Shown here one piece after another: positions 25,829-35,836 of a DNA stretch of 64,000 nt. The notes under the pieces are model-generated. The model had not been told where the DNA came from. It ran no database searches and saw only the letters and a program-made list of their open reading frames with translations. This DNA is from a virus, in IMG/VR virus record IMGVR_UViG_3300028800_000061, positions 32,001 to 96,000 of that record. One strand, 5' to 3'. The stretch's first letter is position 1. Each line of letters opens with the position of its first letter. The position numbers were made by a program, and so were the translations under genes.

Positions 25829-26379
25829 CGGCCCGCCTTGTCGGCCGCGAGCTGCTCGGTGACCCATTTGACTGCCGCACGCCGTGATGGCCAGTCCTGG
25901 TCGGCGTGGACACGGACGATGCCGTGCTCGGTAAGCCAAAGCCCCGCGAACCATTTGATCCCACCGCGCGGGCCAAGATTCCACCCGATCACACCGGCAA
26001 CCGCATCGTACGATTGGGGGCGCTCCTTCGTTTCGGTCACGTAGAAGGTGGTCGGGCCGCGGGTGTCGTTGTGCCAGATTCGCGGGCCGGGATGCAACCA
26101 CAAGCTGCCTACGCGCTCCGGTTTGGCCCCGTAGCCGACCTGATCGGCGTGAGTGCGCTCCACGCTGGCAGGCTCGCGATCGAAGGTTTCGAACGAAACG
26201 GCACCGCAGTCATGGCACGCGAACCGGAAGACGATCTCGCGGATGTCCGCCCCGGAGAAATCGGTCCGGGTGTACCTGGTGACCTCCCACGAGTTCGCTT
26301 GGCGTCGCGGGCACACCGGCTCGTGCGCGGCCGCGGGCACGAACTCGAAGTACAAACGCTTGATGTCGAGGGTGATCAT
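25825..26379 (-). CDS. hypothetical protein
   Basis: ATGA overlap with recombinase. Confidence 0.7.
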   Translation of the reverse strand: MITLDIKRLYFEFVPAAAHEPVCPRRQANSWEVTRYTRTDFSGADIREIVFRFACHDCGAVSFETFDREPASVERTHADQVGYGAKPERVGSLWLHPGPRIWHNDTRGPTTFYVTETKERPQSYDAVAGVIGWNLGPRGGIKWFAGLWLTEHGIVRVHADQDWPSRRAAVKWVTEQLAADKAGR

Positions 26380-27383
26380 GGTGACTGGGTGCCTCCGATC
26401 TCAGCGGGGGAGGGGAGATGCAGCGTGTCCACGACATCGCGGATCGCCCGGCCCCCACGGTGGTCGTACAGCGCTGTCGTGGCCGGTGAATCATGGCCGA
26501 CAGCGCGCTGCGCGTGGACAAGATCAAGGCCGGCATCGAGGACATCACCGACGAACGTCCGCCGGAAGTCGTGTGTCGACAAGGGCGGCAGCCCGGCCTG
26601 CTGCCGGCGCTCATTAACAATCCGGCCGATAGACCGCGCGTTCAGCCGGTCAGTGCCAATGTGACCCCACCGGTCGATCGGCCGGAAGATAGCGCCGCGG
26701 CGATCGCCAAGCACAACCAGCCACCGGTCAAAGTGGGGGGCGGCGGCGGTGCTGATGTACACCGTCCGCTGCTTGTTACCTTTGCCGATCACCTGCAGAG
26801 CGCGCTCACCCGGGTTGTAGCACTCAATCACCGCGCTGGCCGTTTCCTCCCGCCGGCATCCGGTGGAGTAGAGGAACGCCAGCACGGCCGCATCCCGGAT
26901 CCCGATCAGAGTCGGCCCGCCGGTCTGGTCATCGGGTTTCAGGCAGATCCGCAGGAGGGCTTCCCGCTCGTCTGCGTGGATGGTGCGGCCGGCCGGCTCC
27001 CGGTGGCCTTTCAGCCCGTCGATGTCGATGGCACGCTGGTAGTCGTCGGCGGTCATGAGCTGCAGCCGCCAGCACTCTTTCAGGATCTGCCGGAGAGCGG
27101 ACAGGTGCTGGTTGAAGCTGCTGGGGGACCAGTGCAGATCCAGCATGGCGGCCCGTACAGCGGCGGTGTGCTCGTACCTCAGGTCCCACCAGGCCCGGCT
27201 CGCGCCGGTAATGTGGTCTCCGTGGATCGGCTCGCTGGCTTCCTGGCCGAGGACAATCATGGTGATGCTGTCTAGGCAGCGGCGCATCGCCCGCCGGGAC
27301 TCGTCGCTTTGAAGGTTGTCCAGGTACACCCAGTACGGATCCCGGGACCGGGTGGGTGGCGGATCGACCAGCGTAAGAGGCAT
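26376..27383 (-). CDS. tyrosine recombinase (Xer/Cre-like)
   Basis: TGCRREE, GKGNK, HDFRRT, GH..P.TT..Y. Confidence 0.93.
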   Translation of the reverse strand: MPLTLVDPPPTRSRDPYWVYLDNLQSDESRRAMRRCLDSITMIVLGQEASEPIHGDHITGASRAWWDLRYEHTAAVRAAMLDLHWSPSSFNQHLSALRQILKECWRLQLMTADDYQRAIDIDGLKGHREPAGRTIHADEREALLRICLKPDDQTGGPTLIGIRDAAVLAFLYSTGCRREETASAVIECYNPGERALQVIGKGNKQRTVYISTAAAPHFDRWLVVLGDRRGAIFRPIDRWGHIGTDRLNARSIGRIVNERRQQAGLPPLSTHDFRRTFVGDVLDAGLDLVHAQRAVGHDSPATTALYDHRGGRAIRDVVDTLHLPSPAEIGGTQSP

Positions 27384-27594
27384 TCAGTGGTTCCCCTCTT
27401 TCTCCGTGGGGACAGGGATCATTCTCCCCGATGCGGTCAAGCTCAGCGTTCACCCGGGCCAGGTCATCTGGGGTGTAGACGTCTTCCCAGGATCCCGGGC
27501 CGGTCTCAGTCCGGCGGAAAATGTCAATCCACTCGGCGGCGAGGGACCGGGCCTCACGGGCGGCTTGCCTCCTGTCCACGATCAGGCCTTCATC

Positions 27595-28008
27595 TCATTC
27601 GGGGGTTGGAGCATCATCAGCATCCTGTCTGTGGCAGTAGCCGTAGTCGCCCGTGATCGGGCCCGCCAGGACCCATCCCTCGTTGTGCAGGGTCTGGAGG
27701 TAGTCGGCGAAGGTGCGCACCTTCTGCGCGGCTTCATTGAGCGTCCGGGCGCCGTCCAGAGCCCACTTGGCTCGCACGATCTTCATTTCGTCACCGAAAC
27801 CAGCAAGCGCCGAGGCGGTATCGGGGGTGAGCGCCGGGTCCGCGAGCACGGTGCGGGCCTCCCTCGGCAAGGTTGTGCCAGCGAGCATCTCATCGACCCT
27901 GAGACCGAGGGCGCGAGCTTCGTACTCTGGCATGCCAGAGTGGATCCAGCGGGCGAGCCGTTCAGCGCGCTGACGTGAGACCCGCGGATCGTTGACGGAA
28001 TCAGGCAT
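27595..28008 (-). CDS. hypothetical protein
   Basis: AAGGAG RBS; RAKW.LDGA.TL.EAA...GW.L..PI..DYG. Confidence 0.7.
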   Translation of the reverse strand: MPDSVNDPRVSRQRAERLARWIHSGMPEYEARALGLRVDEMLAGTTLPREARTVLADPALTPDTASALAGFGDEMKIVRAKWALDGARTLNEAAQKVRTFADYLQTLHNEGWVLAGPITGDYGYCHRQDADDAPTPE

Positions 28009-28024
28009 TGGTCGTTCTCCTTAC

Positions 28025-28321
28025 CTAGTTAGGCGGTTTGTCTTCCTCGCCGCCAAGGATCCGTTCCGGCGTGCCGAACGTCTCGGCGAGGTCAGCCCAC
28101 GTGGGGTCATCGCTGCAGGCGGCCAGCTCGTTGACGCGACGGTAAATGCGCTGCCGTTCAGCAGTCATCACGGCCTTGCACTCATCGGGGCTGCCGCATA
28201 CGCGTTGGCCGAGTTCACGGGCCAGGAAGCACAGCGCGCCGATCTTGGCGGGCTCGGGGCCGTATGCCTGGCAGTACCACTCGGCGTCCTGCGCCTCACG
28301 CGCGCCCGCGGTGCTGTTCAT
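28025..28321 (-). CDS. hypothetical protein
   Basis: ATGA overlap. Confidence 0.6.
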   Translation of the reverse strand: MNSTAGAREAQDAEWYCQAYGPEPAKIGALCFLARELGQRVCGSPDECKAVMTAERQRIYRRVNELAACSDDPTWADLAETFGTPERILGGEEDKPPN

Positions 28322-28632
28322 AGGGCATCGGCCTGGTCGCGCGTGTACTTGCCGTCTACGACTCCCCAGAACACTTTCTGAATGTCAGGATCACCCGTGT
28401 GGCGCGAGTTGAGCAGCCAGTCGATCGCTTGATTCCAGCGATCCTCGGCGTTCCTTCTGGCGAAGGTCACGGGCCCGAGTTTCTGGAGGATGAGATCCGC
28501 GACCTTCTCGCCGGTCAGGTCACCGGGCAGGCTGTGGCGGTGGTTCATCATGCGGGTAACCGCCAAGACAAGGTTCGCCCGGGTGATTTCAAAACCGTTG
28601 AGAAGGTCAGCCTCGGTGAGTTGCCGGCTCAT
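28318..28632 (-). CDS. hypothetical protein
   Basis: packed minus-strand operon. Confidence 0.65.
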   Translation of the reverse strand: MSRQLTEADLLNGFEITRANLVLAVTRMMNHRHSLPGDLTGEKVADLILQKLGPVTFARRNAEDRWNQAIDWLLNSRHTGDPDIQKVFWGVVDGKYTRDQADAL

Positions 28633-28636
28633 CTAG

Positions 28637-28933
28637 TTACGACTTCCTCTCCCTCTTGTGGGAGCACGGGGAGCCGCACTTATCGTCGTCGCAGTGGGGG
28701 GCACCCCAGTGGATGACAGACGGATCCGCGTCTGGGCCGCGATCCCAGCGGAGTACCGTGCCTTTGGTTTCGATCGGATAGACGCCGACGCCGATGCGGC
28801 CGTCGGCTAGCTGGAACAGCGTGATCTGTGCGGGCAGTGGGGCGCCGTCCGCTGCGGTGAACATCGCATAGATGTCCCGTTGGGCGCCAAACGGGACGGG
28901 AATCTCAGTGTGTGGGGGCCGTATGGGGGGCAT
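28637..28933 (-). CDS. hypothetical protein
   Basis: AAGGA RBS; packed operon. Confidence 0.6.
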   Translation of the reverse strand: MPPIRPPHTEIPVPFGAQRDIYAMFTAADGAPLPAQITLFQLADGRIGVGVYPIETKGTVLRWDRGPDADPSVIHWGAPHCDDDKCGSPCSHKRERKS

Positions 28934-28936
28934 CGA

Positions 28937-29215
28937 TCATCTTCCTTGCTTACGTAGCGTGACTTTGACGGCGCAACCGTAACCGTCTGTATTGGGTCCG
29001 GCTTGCTTGGCGGTGTAGCCGCGGCCGTGAAGGTACAACTCGACGGCCAGGGCGTTGCCGCCGGAGTTCACCCGGATGATGACAGCGCCTGGTGCGCGCT
29101 CGACTGCGCGCAGGGCTTCGGGTGCGGGGTATCTGAGGCGCTCGCTGATCGCGCGGCGCGCGTGGTTCGTGAGATGACGCATGTCAAGCCGGGCGGGGGA
29201 TGGTTTGAGTGCCAC
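28937..29215 (-). CDS. hypothetical protein
   Basis: AGGAGG RBS. Confidence 0.65.
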   Translation of the reverse strand: MALKPSPARLDMRHLTNHARRAISERLRYPAPEALRAVERAPGAVIIRVNSGGNALAVELYLHGRGYTAKQAGPNTDGYGCAVKVTLRKQGR

Positions 29216-29326
29216 GTGAGCCTCCTGTCAACGTCCGGTAATTACCATTACCGGACGCCAGGATAACCCAGACCCAGAAGGGGATGCGGGACCAAAACGC
29301 CGGCGCGCCGGCCTACCATCAACCCC

Positions 29327-29638
29327 ATGGAATGCCGGATAGACGACGACGGTGGTGCGGTTGTCCTGGCCATCGAGGCGGGCGATCGCCCGCAGTCGCT
29401 GTGGGCGCGCGTCGGGCCCGTGTACGACGGTGACACCGTCCGCAGTGAGCCCGGAGTTTGGATCAACTACCAGCGACATCACCTGAACGGCCGCTTGTCC
29501 GGGCCGGTTCTGCTGACCCCTGCAGTGTGGCAGCAGCTCGTCCAGAGTGTCGAGGATAGACTGACCGGCCTGGCTGCACCGCGCCCAAAGGGCTGGTTGA
29601 GGAAGCTAGTCGACAGGCGGACTACGCAGCAGAAATAG
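29327..29638 (+). CDS. hypothetical protein
   Basis: protein-like composition. Confidence 0.55.
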   Translation: MECRIDDDGGAVVLAIEAGDRPQSLWARVGPVYDGDTVRSEPGVWINYQRHHLNGRLSGPVLLTPAVWQQLVQSVEDRLTGLAAPRPKGWLRKLVDRRTTQQK

Positions 29639-29734
29639 CGGCATCTTGACATCGCGCCGGGAGTCAGGTCACTTTCCGGGACGCCACGCCGGACATTTCA
29701 TGACCGTCACGGGCGGATGGCGCCCAGTGACAGA

Positions 29735-30283
29735 ATGGCGCGCATGCCAAGCAAAGCGCCCGGAGTAATCATCGCGCTCGCGCTCGCGCTCGCTGTAAGC
29801 GCGTGCGGGACCTCGTCGGGACCAGCGGCGGCGCCGTTCTCTGCCAGGCCGCACGCGACGCCCACTTTCGTGTATCCCGGGGATCCGCAGTGTGCCATCA
29901 CCTACCGCGACGATGGTGACGGCACGATGAGCTGGACCGCTACCGTCACTGTCGCCGGGGAGCTCATCACGCACGCCGCCGACATCGAAGGCAACATTTA
30001 CCGCCATGTCGTGCAGGTTAGCCCCGGCCCGAACCGGTTCATGGCCCCGGTGCCGCTCTCACAGGTTGACGATATGGGCGGCAACCTGGACGGCGCGGGC
30101 GCTTCGTACGGCTGCTCGGTCGCACCACAGTTATCGTCGGGGCCCCCCGGAAGGGGTTCTGGAAGCAACACGCCGGGTATGCCAGCTACTTTCCGTGTCG
30201 CGCCGCTCACCGGGACACGGCATGATGATCTGCGTGAATCACCGGAATCCCGCACCACCCGACGGGCCAGGTTCCGCCTCTGA
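29735..30283 (+). CDS. putative lipoprotein
   Basis: hydrophobic signal with AVSAC lipobox; C-terminus uncertain. Confidence 0.6.
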   Translation: MARMPSKAPGVIIALALALAVSACGTSSGPAAAPFSARPHATPTFVYPGDPQCAITYRDDGDGTMSWTATVTVAGELITHAADIEGNIYRHVVQVSPGPNRFMAPVPLSQVDDMGGNLDGAGASYGCSVAPQLSSGPPGRGSGSNTPGMPATFRVAPLTGTRHDDLRESPESRTTRRARFRL

Positions 30284-31520
30284 CCTGATTGCCGCGCTGC
30301 GGGAGCGGGCGCCCCGCCTGGCGGTCGCGGTCGCTGCCGGGCAGGCGGCGTGGCCGGCGGTGGCCCAGCTGAGGGTGAAGGCGCGCGAGCGCTCCACTTA
30401 CACCGTCAAGATCCCCGGCACCGACGACATTTACGACGAACTGCACGAGTGGGTCCTGGGCCTGCTGCCATCCCGGGAGCAGCGTGCCCTCGTCGCCTGG
30501 TCCTCGAAGCGCTCCGCCGTGGACATGGACGACCTGGGGCAGCGGCGGGCCGCGCCGGCGCTGCGGCTGCGGTACGACGGGACCCGGGAGCAGTCGATCA
30601 CCATCGGCGGGCACAAGGTCAAGGTGATCGTGTCGGACGGCGGCCCGGTCGCGTCCGCCGGGGACCGGTGGCGGCCACCGGAGATCATATTCACCGCCGG
30701 CTCGCTGCAGGCGCGGGAGGCGCTCCTGGGGGAGATTGACGGGGTGCTGAGGCGCACCCACCAGGCGAGGCGGCAGCCGTCGTTCCGGATGCTTGACAAG
30801 TGGGGCGACTGGGAGCGGCTGGACGACCTGCCGCGCCGCGGCCTGGACAGCGTGATCCTCCCGCCGGGGCAGCTGGAGCGGCTCACCGCCGACGTGGGCC
30901 GGTTCCTGGCCGCCGAGCAGGACTACGTGCGCAGGTGCATCCCCTGGCACCGGGGCCACCTGTACGAGGGCCCGCCGGGGACCGGGAAAACGTCGGTGGC
31001 CAGGGCGCTGGCCAGCCACTACGGCATGGACGTGTGGTACCTGCCGCTCGCGGACGTGGCGAAGGACGGCGAGCTGCTGCGGATGGTGACCCGGGTCACG
31101 CCCCGGTCGATGCTGCTACTGGAGGACATTGACGTGTTCAGCGCCGCCGCGCAGCGCGACGACAGCACCGCCGCACAGGACGACGGGGGGAACGTGACCT
31201 TGTCCGGGCTGCTCAACACCCTGGACGGGATCGCCACCCCGCACGGCCTGCTGACCGTGCTGACCACCAACAGGCCTGAGGTGCTCGATGACGCGGTGAT
31301 CCGGCCGGGCCGCATTGACCTGACCGAGCATTTCTCCGTCGCCGACGACGACCAGGTGGCCCGGCTGGTGGGCCGCTACTACGACCAGCCCGCACCGGAC
31401 GCGGCGGGACTCGGCGGGGTCGCACCAGCGGACGTCGTTGAGGTGTGCAAACGGCATGACGACCTGGTGGCAGTGCTCACCGAGCTCGCCGGTGGGGCCG
31501 AAATGGTCCGGGTTCCGTGA
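30222..31520 (+). CDS. BCS1-like AAA+ ATPase
   Basis: GPPGTGKTS, LLEDID, TLSGLLNTLDG, TTN...RPGRID. Confidence 0.9.
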   Translation: MMICVNHRNPAPPDGPGSASDLIAALRERAPRLAVAVAAGQAAWPAVAQLRVKARERSTYTVKIPGTDDIYDELHEWVLGLLPSREQRALVAWSSKRSAVDMDDLGQRRAAPALRLRYDGTREQSITIGGHKVKVIVSDGGPVASAGDRWRPPEIIFTAGSLQAREALLGEIDGVLRRTHQARRQPSFRMLDKWGDWERLDDLPRRGLDSVILPPGQLERLTADVGRFLAAEQDYVRRCIPWHRGHLYEGPPGTGKTSVARALASHYGMDVWYLPLADVAKDGELLRMVTRVTPRSMLLLEDIDVFSAAAQRDDSTAAQDDGGNVTLSGLLNTLDGIATPHGLLTVLTTNRPEVLDDAVIRPGRIDLTEHFSVADDDQVARLVGRYYDQPAPDAAGLGGVAPADVVEVCKRHDDLVAVLTELAGGAEMVRVP

Positions 31521-31545
31521 CGGCAGCTTAGGCGCGGGTGAACCA

Positions 31546-32022
31546 GTGTCCCTGGTAGATTTTCTGGTCATGAGGCACTTGTCGGTTAACGGTGAAGACG
31601 GCCACTATTCTGCAGATCTCGAAGGCCTGCCCCCTTTCAGGTTTGCTGACCCCGAGCAAGCCAACCAGTGGCTCCGTAACCTGGTGAATGCAGGTGACCT
31701 AGATCTGGTGAACGTAGTACTTGCTGGTCATCAGCCTTGCGCTGCCCTGGGGTGCAGGTACCTTGCGTCGCGCCTAGTCATTTGCAATGAGGCAGAGAGG
31801 TGGATGCCGAATCTATCCTGCGGAGGTCACGAATTGGGTTTCGTGGATCACGCGAAGGCGTGGGGATACAAGAGCCAAGTGGTCACTCCGTACACGTCCG
31901 AGATGGGCGACAGGGTCGCGCAGTACGGGTTTCAGCTCTACAAGGCCGACCCAACCTCACGGAAACGACTGCAAGAGATCGCTGGAACTCACATCATCCG
32001 ACGAGAGGTTTGCGAGCCATGA
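31546..32022 (+). CDS. hypothetical protein, visibly lower GC
   Basis: protein-like ORF; start uncertain. Confidence 0.55.
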   Translation: MSLVDFLVMRHLSVNGEDGHYSADLEGLPPFRFADPEQANQWLRNLVNAGDLDLVNVVLAGHQPCAALGCRYLASRLVICNEAERWMPNLSCGGHELGFVDHAKAWGYKSQVVTPYTSEMGDRVAQYGFQLYKADPTSRKRLQEIAGTHIIRREVCEP

Positions 32023-32459
32023 GAATGCCCATGTGTGCCAGCTTGGCTGTGGCCGCCCTAGCGACCGCAGGCGCCACCGTCCCCCTGGTGTCCGCCTCGG
32101 CCGCGGCTAAGCTGCCATGCCACGCTTCGATGTCCGTCACCCACCCGTCGCACAACACCACCACGGATGCCAAGGTCACGACCGCGGGCGGGGCCTGGGT
32201 GGCGACGTTCGCCCACTACAAGACGGTCCGGCGGGAGAAGACCACCCACGCGAACGCGGCCGGGCACGCCACCCTCGCCTACGACATCAGCAGGGCGACA
32301 TACGGGTACAAGGTGGTGGTCACCGTCTACGTGGACAAGGGCACGCGGAAGGGCAGCTGCAAGACGTCGTTCACGCCCATGGCGGCGTCGGCTTCCACTC
32401 CGGCCCCGAATCCCACACCGTCCGGACCGGCTCCCACACCCACCAGCACCCCCGGCTGA
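32019..32459 (+). CDS. secreted protein with Pro/Thr tail
   Basis: signal peptide ASA-AA; two Cys; beta-rich. Confidence 0.7.
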   Translation: MRMPMCASLAVAALATAGATVPLVSASAAAKLPCHASMSVTHPSHNTTTDAKVTTAGGAWVATFAHYKTVRREKTTHANAAGHATLAYDISRATYGYKVVVTVYVDKGTRKGSCKTSFTPMAASASTPAPNPTPSGPAPTPTSTPG

Positions 32460-32516
32460 ACCCCTGCGCCGTGCCCCAGCCATCCAATGTCCGGCGGGCT
32501 ATGTAGACTCCGGAGC

Positions 32517-32825
32517 ATGGCAGCACGAAGTGTTCAGGTCACCCTGCATGTGGCGCTTGTCCTGCGGGAGTTCCTCGCGGACCCGGAGCGGCCCCGGTAC
32601 GGCCTTGACCTGATGGGGGTCACCGGGATGCAGGCCGGGACCATGTACGTCATCCTCGCCCGGCTCACAGCCGCCGGGTGGCTGGACCGCGCCTGGGAAG
32701 ACGTTGACCAGTCCGCAGCCGGGCGGCCCCGCCGCCGCTTCTACCGGCTCACCGGGGACGGCGAGCAGCTGGCCGCCGCCGCGCTGGCCGCGCTCAACGC
32801 ACGGCTGCAGCCGCCAGCACCCTAG
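32517..32825 (+). CDS. PadR-family transcriptional regulator
   Basis: YGLDL...GTMY.IL.RL...GW...GRPRRRFYRLT..G. Confidence 0.9.
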   Translation: MAARSVQVTLHVALVLREFLADPERPRYGLDLMGVTGMQAGTMYVILARLTAAGWLDRAWEDVDQSAAGRPRRRFYRLTGDGEQLAAAALAALNARLQPPAP

Positions 32826-33100
32826 CCGCGGCGGGTGAGCACGGCCCAGATGTCGCGGCACCCAACATCCGGGTCGGCCCGCACCTCGCGGGCGAACGAG
32901 CGCGCGAAACTGGCGGCGAAGACGGCGGCCAGGGCCCCGCACAGCGCGAGCGCGGCGGCAGCCCAGCCCTCGGTGCGGGCCAGCTCGCCGACGAGCAGGC
33001 CCCCGGTGAGCGGCCAGGCCGCACCGGGAACTGAGCGCAGGAGCCTGCGGGCACGTCTCATCCCGGGCATAGCATCCCACTGGGGATGACGTCGCACCAT
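32822..33100 (-). CDS. small membrane protein
   Basis: two hydrophobic segments. Confidence 0.5.
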   Translation of the reverse strand: MVRRHPQWDAMPGMRRARRLLRSVPGAAWPLTGGLLVGELARTEGWAAAALALCGALAAVFAASFARSFAREVRADPDVGCRDIWAVLTRRG

Positions 33101-33125
33101 GCCCGTTTGTCCGGCCGGTGGCAGA

Positions 33126-33557
33126 ATGCCCCGCATGGCACACCGGGGGGCGCCAGCAGGCAGGTCGCGGGCACGCAGGGCGGACATTGTGGTCGGCGCC
33201 GTCGCCGCGGTCACCGTCATCGTGGTCGCCGCGGCGGGCGGCGGGGTCAGGGACGCTGCCGTGAGCGCCAGGTCCGGGCCCCGGACCGTCACCTATTTAG
33301 TGACCGGCTCCCCCGCTGCCGTGACGTACGGTCCCACGGGGATGGTGTTCATGTCGGGGGTGCCGCTGGACCGGACGGAACGGCTGCGGGCACCCCTGTA
33401 CTACGACATCCGGGCCCGGCTCCGCGGCGGCGGCCTGGTGCGGTGCGCCATCAAGGTTGGGCGGCGGGTGGTGGTGCGGGCCACGGCGGAGGGCAGGCAC
33501 GGCGTGGCCGTGTGCGAGGTGTCGCAGGACCCGGCCGGGCGGTGGCACGGTGACTGA
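33126..33557 (+). CDS. MmpS-like membrane-anchored protein
   Basis: TM then VTY.VTG..A.VTY...C.I.V....C. Confidence 0.6.
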   Translation: MPRMAHRGAPAGRSRARRADIVVGAVAAVTVIVVAAAGGGVRDAAVSARSGPRTVTYLVTGSPAAVTYGPTGMVFMSGVPLDRTERLRAPLYYDIRARLRGGGLVRCAIKVGRRVVVRATAEGRHGVAVCEVSQDPAGRWHGD

Positions 33558-33891
33558 CGGGGCGGCACCCGGCTCTCCCCGGCCATCGCTGGAGCGCGCC
33601 ATGCCAGCTGACGCGGTGCCCGGCTCCACCGTCCCGGAAGACACCGAGGCCGAGGTCCTGATGAGTGATGGAACGTGGGATGTCGTGCGGGTGATGGGCC
33701 AGCGGCGCGACCGGCACGGCCGGTGGTGCATCGGGCTCCGGTGGTTCGCCGGCCCGGCGGCAGGCGGCAGGGAGGGATGGTTCCTGCTCGACCGGGGGCG
33801 CATCAGGCGCCCCCGGTCGAGCAGGCTAAGCGGCCCGGCCCGGGAAGCCCCTTTGCGCCATGGCAGGGCGGGTTCGCCGTTCACGTGGTAG
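33550..33891 (+). CDS. hypothetical protein
   Basis: SH3-like beta pattern. Confidence 0.5.
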   Translation: MTDGAAPGSPRPSLERAMPADAVPGSTVPEDTEAEVLMSDGTWDVVRVMGQRRDRHGRWCIGLRWFAGPAAGGREGWFLLDRGRIRRPRSSRLSGPAREAPLRHGRAGSPFTW

Positions 33892-33948
33892 GCCCGTAGC
33901 GCGCTTGCACGGGACAACTCCGGGACTGACGCCTCCCGGGCCGGACGT

Positions 33949-34245
33949 TCAGTACCTGTGCCAGTTCTCCGGGTCGTCAGGGTCGTAGGTGAAAACGAGC
34001 ACGGCGGTGCCCGGGTCGCCTTGCTGCTCGCCGAGCCAGACCGAGATCCGCAGGGGCAATGAGAGCCACTGGTTCGCGGCGGCCTCGTCAAGCCGGCTGC
34101 TCAGGACGTCCTCAACATAGGCGCGAGGTTCGTCGCTGGTGGTTTCGGTGCCGGCCTGGCCAGGTTCAGCCATCCAGATCTTCGACGGCTCAGCGATCGG
34201 CAGGCCGTCATCGCTGGCCTCAATGAGGTAGGTGTAGGTAGGCAT
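33949..34245 (-). CDS. hypothetical protein
   Basis: TGATG coupling. Confidence 0.65.
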   Translation of the reverse strand: MPTYTYLIEASDDGLPIAEPSKIWMAEPGQAGTETTSDEPRAYVEDVLSSRLDEAAANQWLSLPLRISVWLGEQQGDPGTAVLVFTYDPDDPENWHRY

Positions 34246-34580
34246 CAGGCACTCTCTCTGTGCGGGCCCGCCTCGGCGCGTTTGTGCGCTTCCGCGGCCC
34301 TGTCCGCGCGGGCATCGTAGCCAGTGTCGCGTTCCATGTCCCCTGCGTACTGGTGACGCGGCGAGCCGTCCGGCCAGTAGTCGACGAGCAGCTCGGCGTC
34401 GTGCTCGTCGCAGTTCCCGAACGATGCGCCAGGCTTCGATAGGGTGCCGCAGATTTTCGGCGCACCCCAGTTGCCGTACTCGACCAGCCACCCGCAGATC
34501 CCAGCCCGGAACGCGGCGGTCTCCTCTTCGGTGAACCGGTCGGGGTCGGTGTCCGGTGTGATGATCCGGTTGCGGTCCAT
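34245..34580 (-). CDS. hypothetical protein
   Basis: AGGGG RBS; Cys motif. Confidence 0.65.
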   Translation of the reverse strand: MDRNRIITPDTDPDRFTEEETAAFRAGICGWLVEYGNWGAPKICGTLSKPGASFGNCDEHDAELLVDYWPDGSPRHQYAGDMERDTGYDARADRAAEAHKRAEAGPHRESA

Positions 34581-34594
34581 GCTGATTTCCCCTA

Positions 34595-35149
34595 TCAAGT
34601 TGCGTCGATCACACCTACGGTCGGCTGCCGTTTCTGGCGTCGCTGCTCGACCAGTGCGGGATCTGGCCGGGGTCTTTCGAGTAGCCAGGCGTCGGTGCAT
34701 TTGGCGTGCACCCACGCACCTCGAGGCGGGTTGAACTCCGGGTGCCGCACGGGGACCTCGTAGGTGTAGTAGCCGGTCTCGGGCAGCTCGTCCGGGTCGT
34801 TGACCGCGCACAGGTCGGTGCCGCAGTACCGGCACCCGCCCGGCACCCGCACCGGCGGTGTGTTCACGCAGCACGGCCCGAACGTCTGCGGGATGGTCAC
34901 CAGGATCGTCCCGCAGTAGCACGGGCGCAACGGCATCCCCATGTACCCGAGATCCTGCGGGGTGCGCGGGCAACCGTACGGGTGGCCATCCAGTGAGCAA
35001 TCGACGATGCAGCGGCGGCATTGCGGGCCGTGGCCGGCTGGCCACTCCCCCGCGCGCTGCGCGCCGCACAACTGCCCTGGCACGGCGGCCCGGCCGACCG
35101 GCCGGTTGTGCCACGCTTCCCACTCCGACCAGTCGTGGCCTGCGGTCAC
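34595..35149 (-). CDS. Cys-rich hypothetical protein
   Basis: several CxxC; GTGA overlap. Confidence 0.6.
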   Translation of the reverse strand: MTAGHDWSEWEAWHNRPVGRAAVPGQLCGAQRAGEWPAGHGPQCRRCIVDCSLDGHPYGCPRTPQDLGYMGMPLRPCYCGTILVTIPQTFGPCCVNTPPVRVPGGCRYCGTDLCAVNDPDELPETGYYTYEVPVRHPEFNPPRGAWVHAKCTDAWLLERPRPDPALVEQRRQKRQPTVGVIDAT

Positions 35150-35553
35150 TGGCTCGCCCTGTCCGCAGGTAGAAGGTCACCTGATCGCCACGGCTCGTCT
35201 TCGTAACGCCAGGACCAGCGCAGTTGGCACCCGGTCAGTTGTGCACCGAGAGCGCGCATCAGCTGCAGGTGGCGGCGCCGGTCAGCATCGGGCTCCCCCG
35301 AGCCTGTGGTGAATGAAACCAGGACGTAACCTGCTGGCCAGGTTTCGTCTTCCTTGTTGTTTTCCTTGTAGAGTCCGCCAGCGGCCGGGAAATGCACGCT
35401 TACCCGGGCAGGCCCCGGTCTTTGGAGCATGTGGTGAATGCCATCGAGATTGGTCAGGTGCCAGGCCCGGTCTGATGCTGGCAGGCCCGGGCCGAGACAC
35501 ACCGCGTGAGGATCAACTGGGTCTTGGATGATAACGGCTGAGTCGGCGCTCAT
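35146..35553 (-). CDS. hypothetical protein
   Basis: ATGA overlap. Confidence 0.6.
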   Translation of the reverse strand: MSADSAVIIQDPVDPHAVCLGPGLPASDRAWHLTNLDGIHHMLQRPGPARVSVHFPAAGGLYKENNKEDETWPAGYVLVSFTTGSGEPDADRRRHLQLMRALGAQLTGCQLRWSWRYEDEPWRSGDLLPADRASQ

Positions 35554-35795
35554 CGCTTGTCCTGCCGTATCGTCATGCGCTCAGCCATCTCCCGGGGCGT
35601 GATGAGCGCCGCGGCGACCTCGGCCTCATCCAGCCAGTACAGGGCATCACCATGGTCCTGAAAACCGAACTGGCGGCGGGCCTCAGCGACCGCCTCAGTG
35701 GCACCCCGCCGCCCGCCAGCGTGCGCCAGGACGTTCGCCGCCCGGCGTTCCAGTTCTCCCGCTGTCAGATCGGCGTTCCTGGTGATCAGCTTCAT
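35550..35795 (-). CDS. hypothetical protein
   Basis: AAGGA RBS. Confidence 0.6.
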   Translation of the reverse strand: MKLITRNADLTAGELERRAANVLAHAGGRRGATEAVAEARRQFGFQDHGDALYWLDEAEVAAALITPREMAERMTIRQDKR

Positions 35796-35836
35796 GGCCG
35801 TTCCTTTCCGGGGGTCAGAGCTGGTCCGGGTGCACT

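Noticed and set aside
26929-27579. 216-aa minus-strand ORF overlapping the recombinase
   Set aside because: Only the first ~60 aa look protein-like; the rest is an off-frame shadow of the recombinase.
26376-27600. attP beside the tyrosine recombinase
   Set aside because: Gene is embedded in an operon with no intergenic gap or tRNA 3' duplicate.
34879-34890. 12-nt match (CGAACGTCTGCG) to the reverse complement of the putative TnpB guide region
   Set aside because: Short, outside the presumed seed, inside a CDS; plausible by chance in GC-rich DNA.
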